Assembly (NCBI RefSeq): GCF_024521635.1
Contig: NW_026250404.1
Location: forward strand, 372,001 to 436,000
Direction of reading: 5' to 3'
DNA length: 64,000 bases
Source of the DNA: Tricharina praecox
Lineage: Eukaryota
The notes beneath the pieces are model-generated. The model saw only the letters and a list, made by a program, of their open reading frames with translations. It did not search any database and was not told the origin of the DNA. The translations under genes were made by a program, and so were the position numbers. This document shows positions 50,201 through 62,512 of this stretch, piece after piece (the stretch's first letter is position 1; every line of letters begins with the position of its first letter).

Positions 50201-51197
50201 GTGCAAGAAGTTGCACCAGGATGAGTACTCGTTCGGTGCTACCACGACACAGAATGCGGGGACGATTGGATGGCGTGCACCTGAACTTCTGACGGACTGT
50301 GCCAACTCATTAGAGGGGTTCTCTCCGAACGAGAACTCAGGGTCAGGGTCGGGCACGGGGACGGATATTGTAGTGGATCACATGACGAAGCGGAGAGCTA
50401 CCAGGGCAATCGATATCTTTGCCATGGGCTGCGTCTTCTACTTTGTGCTCACGCGCGGATCGCATCCGTTTGGGCATCGGTGGGAGCGGGAACTCAACAT
50501 TGTTAAAGGGAATAAGCTGGCTGCGATCGAGCGTCTTTCGAGAGATGGCAACCTTGAAGCTTTGGACCTCATTGGGAACATGCTCGAACCGGATCCAAAG
50601 AAACGGTATTTACCAGTAAACGTGGGTGTGTGGTCAGGAAGCTAACGAAATGGGTAGACCGGACACGGCTAGGGTTAGCATGCATCCGTACTTTTGGGAC
50701 GACGAGAAACGATTGGACTTCCTCTTGGCGATGTCGGATCGGTTCGAGCTCGAGAAGGATAAGGAGAAGAACAGCAAACCGCCGGGGTCATATGTGTCCC
50801 ACTACATTCCTTTGCTAGAGCAGGGAGCACCCCGTGTGGTCGGTCCGGACTGGTTACAGAAGCTGGATCCTGCGCTGCGTTTCGAGCTCGTGGGCAACCC
50901 CAAGCGGAGGGGGTACGATGGTTCGAAGATTTTGGACTTGTTACGAGTCATTCGGAACAAGGTATGTTCTGCCCAAATGTAAACGGGAGGCAGTTTGCTA
51001 ACGATTGCGTATAGAAGCACCATTTCCTCGACATGAGTCCGGCAGCACAACAGGCCGTTGGAGAACCGCCGGAATTATTCCTTAGGTACTTTAGCAGCAG
51101 ATTCGAGCACCTGCTCATGTACACCTACGAGGTGGTCATGCGCGCGGATCTTGACCAGGAGTCACGGTTTAAGAAGTTTTTCACGGCGAACTTTTAG
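47288..51197 (+). CDS. IRE1: Ire1 ER-stress sensor kinase/endoribonuclease, ~1183 aa, 7 exons
   Basis: Signal peptide, luminal domain (WIVEPSEDGELF), TM helix, kinase (GTGSQGT, VAVKRM, HRDIKPQN, ISDFGLCK, GTIGWRAPE) and KEN domain (DLLRVIRNKKHH). Exons 47288-47821, 47917-48181, 48235-48411, 48469-49731, 49780-50605, 50658-50961 and 51015-51197. Confidence 0.96.
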
Positions 51198-52393
51198 GGT
51201 GGTTTTTCTTTCTTCGCATCTCATTTCATCTTCATTTTTCCTTTGGGAGCTGTTATCTATTGCATGTGGTCTTCCCGTCTCGTCTCGGCTGGCCTTGGAC
51301 CTTTCGGACGGACTGGAATTGGATTTGGGAATTTTCTTTGCTTTGCTTTGTCTGCGGTGGTGGCTATCTCCTTGCGTTCTTCTTAACTTGAGGGGTAGGG
51401 GGGTCCTTCTTTACTCTTTACTGTGGATGATATTGCTATGTCATTATTTAGCTTTAGCTTTGATTTTGCTGTTTTTCTCTTGTTTCTCATGTTTCTCATG
51501 TTTCAGGAGTTCTACTTTTTGTATATATATCCCTCTCCTCCCCCCCCTTCCTTCCTTCGTTTTGGAAAAATGCGGTGCTTCTTTTTTTTCTTGTTCTTTC
51601 GTCATTCGTTTTTCTTTTTCTTTCCTTGGGGGCGTTTTGGTTGGGAATCATTTTTTGTGTTTACTGTGTTTATTGTGTTTACTGTGGTTTTTGCGAGCGG
51701 GAAGGGATGGGGATGGGGATGGGGATGGGGATAAGGGGATGCGGGGCGGATGGGTTCGGGGCGGATGGGTTGGGGGTGTCATGAATGAATGAACGAATAC
51801 CAAATACCAAATGCTTCGATGATGATGATGAAGCTTTGGGGAGGTTGCTGTGATGCAGCTGTGGTTCCGCTGCGGTTCTGCTGTGATTAGAATTTGGAAG
51901 AGTGCGGCGTTGGATGCATTGAGCGAAGAATTGAGGCCGACCTTCTTATACTCTGCGGAGACAACGGTCGGAGCTGCAGCCTCCAGAGACGCGGACGAAA
52001 CGTGCTGACCAGCTGTTGGATTGAGGATTGAGCACGAGTGACGTCCGATGGATGTGTCGCCACAATGGGTGGGTGCACCGAAGTTCAAACAGAATGGGAA
52101 CTGGAGAGGCTCATGGATTGGAATTGTTTATCCCCAGTAGCTTCTGGAGAAACAAGCTCAGAGTTAGTTACCAGTAGTACTCCCGCCGCCGAAGCCGAGC
52201 TCGTTTCACGCACGTGCAATTAGCCGAGCTCTGTCCAGTCCAGCGTCCAGTGTCAATGCACCCCCAGCCGGTGCTCTAGGTAACTACGGTATGCAGTAGT
52301 GATACAGCAGTGACAACCGCGTCTTCTTCCAGCACACATACAACCACACAAACAACAACGCAAACAACCACACCGCCGCCGCCTACAAACACA

Positions 52394-53618
52394 ATGGCCG
52401 ACGCCGCACTCACACCCACGCCCACCTCCTCCTCCGAGTCCACCGCCTCGCCAGTCTCATTCACGTACCCCTTCGCCGCGGCGCCGGACATCAGTTCGTC
52501 CCTCCTACCCTCCCCCCGTCCCTCCTCCGTCCCCCCATCCCCTCCCCGCCCCCGATCCCCCGTCCCCCCTCGTCCCTGCTAACCCGCGCGCCCTCACAGT
52601 CCGCTCAAACCAAAAGGACTCCTACTACCAAGGAATCCTATTCGAGAAGCTCTCGACGATCCTGCGCAACGCCTATGGCGCGCGGATACTGCACAAGTAC
52701 AGTCTCGAGGCGAAGGCGGGCGCGGAGCTGCTATATCTCGCGCTCACCACCCTGCAGGGCTCGCGGACGCTGGGAGAGGAGTATTGCGATATTCTCTATG
52801 TCGGGAAGGGGCAGGAGGCGCCTGTGTTGGAGGTAAGTGAGACGGGGGGGACTTTAGGAATGGAGGGGGGATGGGGGAACTTGGGGGGAAGAGGGCTAAT
52901 GGGGATATGATGCTAGAGGAGAGCGGGATTCATCCTCACGACAGTGCTAGTGCCGTACATCCTTTCCAAGTCGCTGCCGAAGCTGCGCAGCAAGCTGCGG
53001 ATCATCCTCGCGCCGCGCCCGAACGCGAAGCCGACCCTCGTCTCCGCGATCAAAGCCTACCTCCTGCAGCACCTAGACACGCTGACGAGCGCGGACAACG
53101 TGCTGGCGGTGCACCTGGGACTGTTCTACTTCACGGGCGCGTACTATCACCTGTCGAAGCGGCTGTGGGGGCTGCGCTACATCTTCACTAAGCGCCTGGC
53201 GCCGCACGAGCAGCGGCAGGGCTACGAGGTGCTCGGCGTGCTGCTGCTCGCCCAGCTCGGTACCCAGGCGTACTTTCACGCAACATCTACGTGGAGTAAT
53301 AGCGCCGCGATACTGCCGGAGGAGTCGGCGGTCAGCCTCCTCGGCGCCGCGGATAATAGGAACCCCCGCCACGACGAGGACACGGGTAGAGTCGAGCCCG
53401 CGGTGGATCTGGAGGATGACGGACGGATGGCGTTCCTAAAGGGAGAGATGGCGAGGAAATGCACCCTCTGTCTGGAAAATATGAAGGATCCGACCGCGAC
53501 AGCTTGCGGTCACGTCTTCTGCTGGAGCTGCATCGGCGAGTGGTGCAGGAATAAGCCGGAATGTCCGCTGTGCAGGCAGGCGGCGCTGGTGCAGCATTTG
53601 CTGCCGCTCAGAGCGTAG
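52394..53618 (+). CDS. PEX10: Peroxin Pex10 (RING E3 ligase), ~344 aa, 3 exons
   Basis: Motifs YPFAAAPDIIRSNQKD, RTLGEEYCDI and a C3HC4 RING (CTLC...CGHVFCWSC...CPLC). Exons 52394-52493, 52600-52832 and 52917-53618. Confidence 0.95.
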
Positions 53619-53997
53619 GTTGTTGCTTATGGTGGGTGAGGTAATCTTGTTTACGGTTTTTGTTTACTGCGATTGTCGAACATATATATATAGAGCGCGG
53701 GCGAGTGATAATCTGTATGGCTTTTTGTTTTGTTTTGGATCTACCTGGAATGATTGGCTGGTTGGAACTTGCGGATGATGGGTGTGATTAATGATGGATG
53801 TGATTACCATGAATACACCACATGCACAGAGGTAAAAGCTCGTGAAGGAAAAGGATATGGATATGGCGTAGTGTTCCTCCGTCTATGTACACCCATCATC
53901 GTCTACCTACCTACCTACCTACCTACCTACCGCAGAACCAGAGCGGCGACGTCTATCTTACAAACAAACCCCACCAAAAGTAAATCACACACACGCC

Positions 53998-55699
53998 CTA
54001 CCTCCCCAGCTTGAATTTCTTGACCTGCGCCATCAGATCTCCCATAGCGACGACCTGTCGTTCGCCCGCCTGGACCACAATCGTCGCGCCGCCCTCTCCC
54101 TTGCCCGGATTCTCCACCTTGCCCTGCAGCACTCTCTGCGCAACACGCCTGATATCGGCGACAGTGAGGGCCTCAATCTTCGCGCTCATCTCGAGCGCGC
54201 TGATTTTCTTGCCATAGACCTGGACCTGTCTCCCGAGGTCCTCGAGCTCTACCATTCTACTCTCGAGGTTCATAAGGAGGCTTGAGCGGAGCTGGTTCTT
54301 TGCGCGGTTGACCTCGTCGGCCTGCAGCCCGGCGTATCCAGTCGCAAAGGTGTTCTGCAGCTCCTTGAGGACGACGCCGACGAGGGCGTGCCCGGCCTCC
54401 GGGTGGCAAGAGGCTGCGATCCCGAATAGCCCGCTGTCAGTGTAGGAGTGGTTGAATGCCACCGCTGACTCGATCCAGCCGTATTGGTTCAGCACGTTGG
54501 TGTACAGACGTGAGTACATCCCCTTGCCTGGTCCGCCCGCGGAAAAGGAGCCGCCGCCGCCGAGGAGAGTTTGTAAAGTGGCGAGCGCGTAGATGTCCGG
54601 ATCGCTGATCGGAAGCCCTTCGAACGCGATGTGAAGGTGGCAGTATTGCGGCAAGTGCGTGGGCGCGCTGGATGGCTCGAGCGACAGGAGGCCGCCGGTG
54701 TAGTGCGATGGCGGGGTGGTGCCGAGGGGGAAGGGGTCGGGGGAGGGCGCGGCGGGCTTGGAGAGAAACTTGCTGAACAGGCTGGGGGCGGCGGGTTCGG
54801 TGTTCGTCTTGGGAGGGGTGGCGGTCATGTCGCCGAAATATTTTTCCGCCAACTTGACGGCGGTGGTATGTTCGACGCCGGCGAAGGCGACGACCAGCCG
54901 CTCCGGGCGGAAGAAAACACTGCGGTACTCCTCGATCACTTGCTTGTTGATCTGGTCCAGGCGGTCCTCCGGGCACAACAACGGGTTTCCGAGCGTGTTT
55001 CCCTGAAATGCCGCGGTGTGGATCAGCTCCGGCAGGATCAGCTCGGGCTTCGCCCAGATCTCGTTGATCTCGTATTCGGCTGTCTCGAGCTGCTGCGATA
55101 CCTCTTCGTCGGTGATCAGCGCGTCCCGCACCGTCTCCGCGAGAATCCCCATCATCGTCGGTACGTCCTTGTTGAAGACTGAGGTCTGGTACATTATGCT
55201 CTCCCGTGACGAGGCGCACTGCATATTCCCGCCGAGGGTTTCGAGCGCCTCCAGCATGTCGCTGGCGGAGCGGGTGGATGTGCTCTACAGGGCGGGACGA
55301 TGGATGTCAGTATGGTTGGTTGGCCGGAGGAGGAGGAGGGAGGGGTAGTATGGCCGGCGCACCTTGAAGGCGAGACGGTCGACGATGTGCGACACGCCGC
55401 GCAGCCGCTCGTTCTCGTATCTCGAACCGGCATCGACGTAGACTCCTAGAGCGGAGAAGTGTCCTGGCAGCGCCTCCGTAGCGACTTGGATGCCATTGGG
55501 AAGTGTGGTGACCGCATCCAACTCGGCGACGTCCTAGTAATGGTGGGGTCAGTGGTGTGGGTCTTCGGGAGTGTCAGAGCATCGGACATACTCGTGTGGT
55601 GGTAGTTATCAATCCTCTTCGTAGTATTCGTGTGGCAGCGGCGGCGGCAGTGTATCGGCAAAGTGGCCGAGGAGCTCTGGGGGCGAGCGAGCGTAGCAT
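53998..55699 (-). CDS. MAS2: Mitochondrial processing peptidase alpha subunit, ~521 aa, 3 exons
   Basis: Arg-rich presequence, [14 protein letters not shown] and the glycine-rich loop [20 protein letters not shown]. Exons 55699-55592, 55533-55363 and 55284-53998. Confidence 0.95.
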
Positions 55700-56418
55700 C
55701 GTGGGGATTCTTTTGTCTTCTCGCGAGGTGGTTGCCGTTCACATGTACTTTTTCCCACCGTAGACCTCAACAAGAGATCTCTCACGTTGCCGCCGCTTCT
55801 AGATTTCTTCCAGCCCAACGGCGGCTGCCAAGACTCTCTTAATCCGGCCTGCCCTTGTTACCCGCGCTTCCCGAGCGCGGGTGGTCGCGCGGTGCGGTTC
55901 ATCTTGTTCTGGTGAAGAGAAGAGAAGAGTCTAGGAGGGCTCCTCGCTTGGTTTCATATCCTGATTGCGTTAATTGATTGATGCTCTATTGTTCTATTGA
56001 TTGATCGGTTCATCTTTCATTGATCGTTCGTCCCTGGCCAAAAGATCAGCAGTCGAACACCACCGCAACCATCACCATCTCTACCACCAACAAACAGTTT
56101 CCATTCCCGCGGCCAAAAGAAGAGAGAGGAACCGCCGTAGACCAAAACTCACAAACAACCATCACCATCACCACCACCACCACCACCACCACCACCACTA
56201 CCCTCTCCTCCCAACCTCCCTCTCCTCCCCGTCCTCCTCCTCCTCCTCCCTCTCTTCTCGCGCTCTCTCTCTCTCTCGTCACCGTCCACCTGTTTTCGCG
56301 TCAGCTGTCGACCCCCGCGTTCGAACACGTCTCACCGTCCGATCCTACGAGCTCCCGGTTACCTAGCAGTTAGATGCATCAGTGCTCCCCGTAGCAACCC
56401 CCAGAGAAAACAACAAAC

Positions 56419-57689
56419 ATGTCAGCCCGTAAGTTCCTTGCGCGCCATCTTCCCCTCTCCCCCCCGTCCGTCCAACTGTCCGCTGAACAGCCCTCCCCTG
56501 TGCTCGGTACAGTTACCGAAGAAGATAAGGCGAAGGTAAGCTCGTCGCTCACGAACCATCACTCTCATCCACCACCACCACCCCCCTCCCCCCACTCACA
56601 CGACAAGCTCGGCCTGCTAACAAAGCTGCTCCCCCGCGCGTGCAGTATATCCCGGTGATCGATGGGATCCTTAAGGCCTCCGATCTGTCTACTATCTCGA
56701 TAAAGCAGGTGCGCACCCGCCTGTCGGGCGCTACCGGTGTGGACTTCACGTCGATCAAGGTACGAGATTCGTTCCCCCTCCGCTATCTAGCTTTCTATAT
56801 AGCTCTGTGTGAACGCGCAAACTAACCGCTCCCCCACCCACAACACAAACAGAAAGCAATCGACCCCTTGATCACGGACCGCTTCGACATCCTCCTCGCG
56901 GAACGCGACAACCCGCCCGCACTTCCGGTTGCGGAACAAGTCCCGCTCCAACACATCGGCCAGCTTCCGGACGGCGACAGTAATGGCGCAGATGTCCGTG
57001 TCAAACCGGAGGTGAAGGAAGAAGAGACCGAGGAGGGCATGTCGCCGCCGGACATGAAGCGCAAGAGCTCGTCGGTGGACGAGGATGCCAGGTTAGCGGC
57101 GGAGCTCCACGCAGAGCTGAATGGCGGACGTCCGGTCCGTGGAGGCGCTGCGAAGCCGAAGAAGGCGAGTGCTGTCAAGGGGAAGCGGGCCAATGCGAAG
57201 AAGAAGTCCAAGGACATCGTGGATAGTGACCTTTCCGGCGCCGAGGAACCCGTCAAGAAGAAGCGGAAGGCGAATCCGAACAATGCGTTCATGAGGCCGC
57301 TCGTGCTCTCGGCGCCGCTGGCTGCGTTTATTGGCGAGCCTCAGGTATGCCCTTGTGGATATCTACGTGACACAGGAGCGCCTGACTGATTGTCCCCGAC
57401 AGATGTCCCGTCCCGAGGTCGTCAAGAAGATCTGGGCCTATGTCAAGTTGAACAACCTCCAGGATCCCACCGACCGCCGCTACATCATCTGCGATGACAG
57501 CTTGAAGCCTGTGTTTGGCGACAAAGTCCATATGTTGTACGTCTACCGTTCCCCGGCCTCCTCCGGGTCTCTCCACTAACAACACCCAGCACGATGAACA
57601 AAGTTCTCGCAACCAACATGTATAAAGCCGAAGAAGTCGCCCCCACGGCGCCGGACTCCTCTCCCGGCTCGCTACAGCAGCCTGTATGA
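56419..57689 (+). CDS. DEK-C plus SWIB/MDM2 domain protein (Uaf30/Tri1-like), ~290 aa, 6 exons
   Basis: DEK-C (IDGILKASDLSTISIKQVR) and SWIB (LSAPLAAFIGE.QMSRPEVVKKIWAYVK..LQDPTDRRYIICDD..L..VF..KVHMFTMNKVL). Exons 56419-56428, 56513-56535, 56646-56759, 56853-57344, 57403-57536 and 57590-57689. Confidence 0.9.
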
Positions 57690-60600
57690 TCCCTTGCCTA
57701 TCTAAGCTTTCCTTCGCCTTCCCATGTACGGGGGTGTAATCAGTTGGATTTTTTTTCATATTTTACTGTTTGTACAAGTTCGGTTTTTGGATATTTGCTT
57801 TGCAGTGAATGGATCGGATTGTGTGAATGGATTCCTCTTTCCTGCAGTGATCGATGGAAGGGGGTGGGCGGGCTGATGACAATGGGCGGGGGGATGGGAT
57901 ACTGGTACTTACTTCCGGGGTGGGGCATAAGGCGCTATGAATTTGCTTTGCTTTGCTTTACTTTGCTTTTACTTTTTCTCACTTGTTTCCTTTCTAACTT
58001 TCTTTGTCTCCTACCTATCATACGCTCTGCTCTCTACATCATGATTGTGTTTTATTGTTGTCATCCTAGGTACTCGCTTACCTGACCTGTCTGTCTGTCT
58101 TCGTGTGTCTTTCCTGTCCGTCTTCCACCCTGTCTCCTCCTCCTCCTTCCCCCCTGCACCTCGATGGTGGTGGATGCATGTCTTTGTTTGTTGTTCCATT
58201 TGTTCCATTCGGTGTACCGTTGTTATTGCTGTTTTTCTTAGGTTTGGCGCTCTTTTTGTTTTGACTTGGGCGGCGGGCAGCGGCGGCGGCGGCGGCAGAT
58301 TGTGGTTGTGGTTGTGGTTGTGCGGGCCGCGGGGGATGGGGAAGCGGAGAATGATGGGGAAGCGGAGAGGGTGTGAGGGTGTATATAGCAGTCGTGGAGA
58401 CGGACGTGTACACTTTTTTGGTTTTGGTTTTGGTTTTGGTTTTGGTTTCTTGAATCAAGCAGCTACAAAGCATGTAGTCGGTGGGATTGCTGTCATTACC
58501 ATGCTCGTACGGACCGTACGGACCGTGCCAAATCTACATAAAGTTACATGTGAAGGTGCTACTATACTATGAGGTCCACAATCTACGGTACTTGTCCACT
58601 CCACCGCTGGAAGATATCAAATACAAACCGTTCTATTCCGACCATTCGTTGTGTAGGTATGCCATGATGAGAGTATAGCCGCCGATGAAGCGGCTATGAT
58701 ACAGGAAATCTGCCGCTCCGACCCGCCGCCGCTTTCCTGCCGCTTTCCCGCCGGCCGCCGGCCAGATATCGGAGGTTCATCGGCCATATATGCACGTCCA
58801 TCGCCGCGGTGATCTCTCGGTCCGCATATCTTATTGCACTTCTGCGGACCTACTCCAACAAAACTATTCCCTTCTACTCCTAGCAGGCTAGGAGGCTGGC
58901 ACCGGTCCAAAGAAGTGGCAGAAGTGGCCATGATCATCCACCGGCTGGTCTACTGGTCTTGTCTTGTCTTGTCCGAGTCGAGTCGATTTGGATCGCGGAT
59001 TTGGAAGTGCACCCGGCTCGGGGTCTAGGTGGGTCTTCGCAGTTCGCGCACGGAGTCGAGAACTGCTTCTGCCCCGCTGGAGGGGTTTCGGCGCTGGGCT
59101 GGTGCCTGGTGCCTGGTGCGCACTACGTGCAACAATCACATACGTGTTGTTACCTACCTAGCCGGTATATAAGTATTTACCAGTACTCAGTAGGTAGCAA
59201 GCCTTGGAAACTCCTCTGTACGGAGTGCGAGGGGATATTTTCCATGCCGTCTGCTGCATACAAAGGGTAGATCCGAGGACCGTGCTTAAGTTGCTTGAGT
59301 TGCTGCTGCTGGTGGTTGTGGTTGTGGTGGCGAATGGCGACTTGGACATCGTCATTGAAGTCAGAGCTCCAAAGCTGGAGACATGGTACTCCGTCCCCTG
59401 GGTCCGGCATTCAATCCCCCACGCTCTCACGGTCACCGCACGGTCACCGCCCACACGAGGGATCCAATCTCCTCGTTCCTCACTGCATTCGGTGAGGCGA
59501 TCGGTGTTGACGGTGTCATGGTGAGAAGGATGGTCGGCTGGGCTTCACTGAACAAGGTGCGATCCTCCTCCTCCTCCGCCTCCTCCATGGGGCGCTGCGA
59601 AGAATCGTAATACTCCGCTTTGGCCTTGTACATACACTTTACGGTAACAGATGGAAGCCAGAGTTTCCACCCAGCGACATGCCTAAACTGCCCCGAAATC
59701 GCCAGGCCATCTATGACTGCCCCTCCCCTGGGGCCTGGGGACCTGCTCGTGACTCGTGAGTTAAATGAAGCCTGCACGTGAAGAATGACGTAGGTACCAC
59801 CTATAGGTAGCTGCATCTACCCGCCTCATTGACGCTGCAACTGCAAGACCTTTGGACTCTGGAGCCTTCGAGCCTTCGACATCCATCCTGCCTTGCGAGC
59901 GGCCGCGGGAGCATTTGTGGATCGATACCGTACGGTCATTAACTACATGAAGTTCGAACTCTGCTACCACTGAGTGCTAGGAAACGTCCTAGCCCTTGGA
60001 GTTTGTGGTTTGTCAATAAAGCCAAAAAACCTACAGGTGGTAGGAAGCTACAGGAATAGGTACAGTATGTAGTTTCGAGAAGACCAGGGGGGATAAGCTT
60101 TGAAGAGAGAAGGAAGGAAGGAAGGAAGGGGCGCGGATGACGACGGGTCCATACGTACCTCGGGATACCTTCTAACCTACCTAGTATTAGGCATCGAGGG
60201 GAGAGTTTGTACAGTACTTGGTAGCTGTCTGTCTGCCGGACTCTCCACGGTAAACACTGCATACTTGGTAGGTACTTCGAGAACAACTGCAGCATCGGGA
60301 GTCGGGAGTCGACCGTGGAGACCAGGCGAGTACTCACGGTAGGTAGACCCAAGCCTGGTCCCGCAGCAATGTGGCAGTCTGGTAGGTACCGTAGCAATGC
60401 TACGGTATGGCAACTACAATCCTTCGCCGGTGTGGTGGATGAGTGAGAACGGGGGCAAGAATCGAGATGTCGAGCGGTGAGCAAGCCCGGTAGCAAGCCG
60501 AGTTACGACCGACGTACTTGGTGTTCAGGAGCGTGATAGGGACGTAGAGGTTAAGATTGAGTGTGCGCCAATCAAAGCTGTCAGGTCGGGAAACACCCGA

Positions 60601-62468
60601 AAGATGGGGGGGGGGGGTTCTAGGTTTCAACTGCCTCCGACACCGAGGACAACCCACATTACTAGTAGTCTGGTAGTTAGCCCTCCGAATATCTATCTAG
60701 AAGAATCCGCAGTGCGAGACCACTCCTGCTGTAATGCTTAGTGCTTAGCCAGTCAGTCCGTCCGCCCCCTTCGTTCCGCTGGTAGGTGCGTAGGTAGAGT
60801 ACGTGGACGACTTTGAGTAGTGCGGTAGCATGCCGATGGGCGTTCAGCTCCGCCTCCATACATGTAGGGCTGTGTTGACAAGTGGTCTAGTCTCCAGATC
60901 CAGCCTCCAGGTCTACCTAGGCATCGCAGCCTAAACGCAGTGAAGCCCGTGCACGTGCTTTTACGGCAGACGGATCGGAGGCAAATCGTTGAGGTATATT
61001 GTACTCTACTCCGACACCGTGGAGTAAGCGATATCCGGTCGGTTTCTGGAAGCTGCATGTATACAGGAAGTACGGTATCCGATAAACAACAATGGATACT
61101 GGCGGTGCGAGCTCGGAGCTCTCTCTGATTGACGAGTCCACACGGTACATAGGAGTAGGTAGCTCCATGCGAGGAGTCGAGGACAGCATTAGGTATTTCT
61201 ACATAACTTGTCCAAGATCTTGCAGATACCTATCCGGGGTTTTTTTTGGTTAGTGGAAATCCGGCTCGCACCTTTGCAAACCGCCGAGGGCTGAGATGGG
61301 ATGGAGTGGGGTTGTTGCTGATGAGGTGAATGATGAGTGGTTGCCGTTGTCGTTGCCGTTGTCGTTGCCGTTGTCATTGCCGTTGTCATTGTCGTTGCCA
61401 CTTCACAGAATCGTTCTCTCACTGCAGTCTACGGTACGCCTTGGAAAGCAGCAAACTGCCCTGCCTGCCTGCCTATTCCAAGCTGCCCCACGACCTAGCG
61501 GTATTGCCGTACAGATTCCAGAATTTGCAGCTTATGTAGTTGGTAGGGAGCAGCGAGTGATAGTTAGCACAGGGAGCGCTTGGAATACCTATGCAGAAAA
61601 TGTATAGCTCGAGGGGCCATTGGTTCTCGTTGTACATACATTGAACACAAGCTGACAGCAGGGTTATCTAGCTACCACAGGCACTCACTCGTTCGTATAG
61701 GTAGTGCGTTGACACTAGTATACAGAGAAAAGAGAAATCAAACATGCGCGAGTGATCACGTATGATTTTATTTGGGAAACAAAAATGCTTTCGTTAACTG
61801 ACTGATTGACTGACTGAAAGTGTAGCCTCCAAGATTCAAGTGTCCTTGGCCTGGAGGCCTCTACTACCGGCAGCCTATATGTACGCTGGAGCACATCTTG
61901 GAAGATCGTAGCGGGCATTGCATAAGTACGGAGCGCACCCTCTCCCTCGTCACAAGTTATGTTACCGCCGCCGCCGCCGTCGGAGGCAACTCCCATTCGC
62001 TACCTACTACCCGCGGCTTCAACATTCTAGAATCTGTCGACCACACACGAAGAGCGACGCAAATCGCCACTTCAAGCTCACCCCGGATCAGGTATGTACC
62101 TACGCAGTGAGTACGGAAAGGTTTTTGAAAGCTTATGGGATAGGTAGGTATAGAAGAGTGGTCCCAGACGCTGTTAGCTAGGTATACCTATATGCGTAGG
62201 TGGGCTCCGGCTTGGAATGGCAAGGCTTGGGATGGCAAGGCTGGCCGTTAGCCACCGTATATATGCTCCGGCCTGGGATGGCAATGGCAAGGCTGGCCGC
62301 TGTGGTGGTGTTGGTTATGGTGGCGGACGTACCGTACCGTATCCCTCGATGATTACCTACCGGTCCATACTAGGTAGTAGGTACACACGGCTAGCCACGC
62401 ACCGTGACATTGTGGCGAGACTGATCAACAGCGAAGAGGTCTTTTGATCTCGATCCCGACCCAACACA

Positions 62469-62512
62469 ACCACCACCACCACCACCACCACCACCACCAC
62501 CACCACCACCAC
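62469..62512. repeat. (CCA)n microsatellite
   Basis: About 14 tandem CCA/ACC units; similar tracts occur at ~42635-42673 and ~56168-56198. Confidence 0.9.

Noticed and set aside
51058..51792. 244-aa hydrophobic ORF after IRE1
   Set aside because: It is a T-rich 3' UTR translating to F/L/C and overlaps the true last IRE1 exon in another frame.
59964..60043. Hammerhead ribozyme
   Set aside because: A three-way junction is present, but the CUGANGA and GAAA core nucleotides are not matched on either strand.
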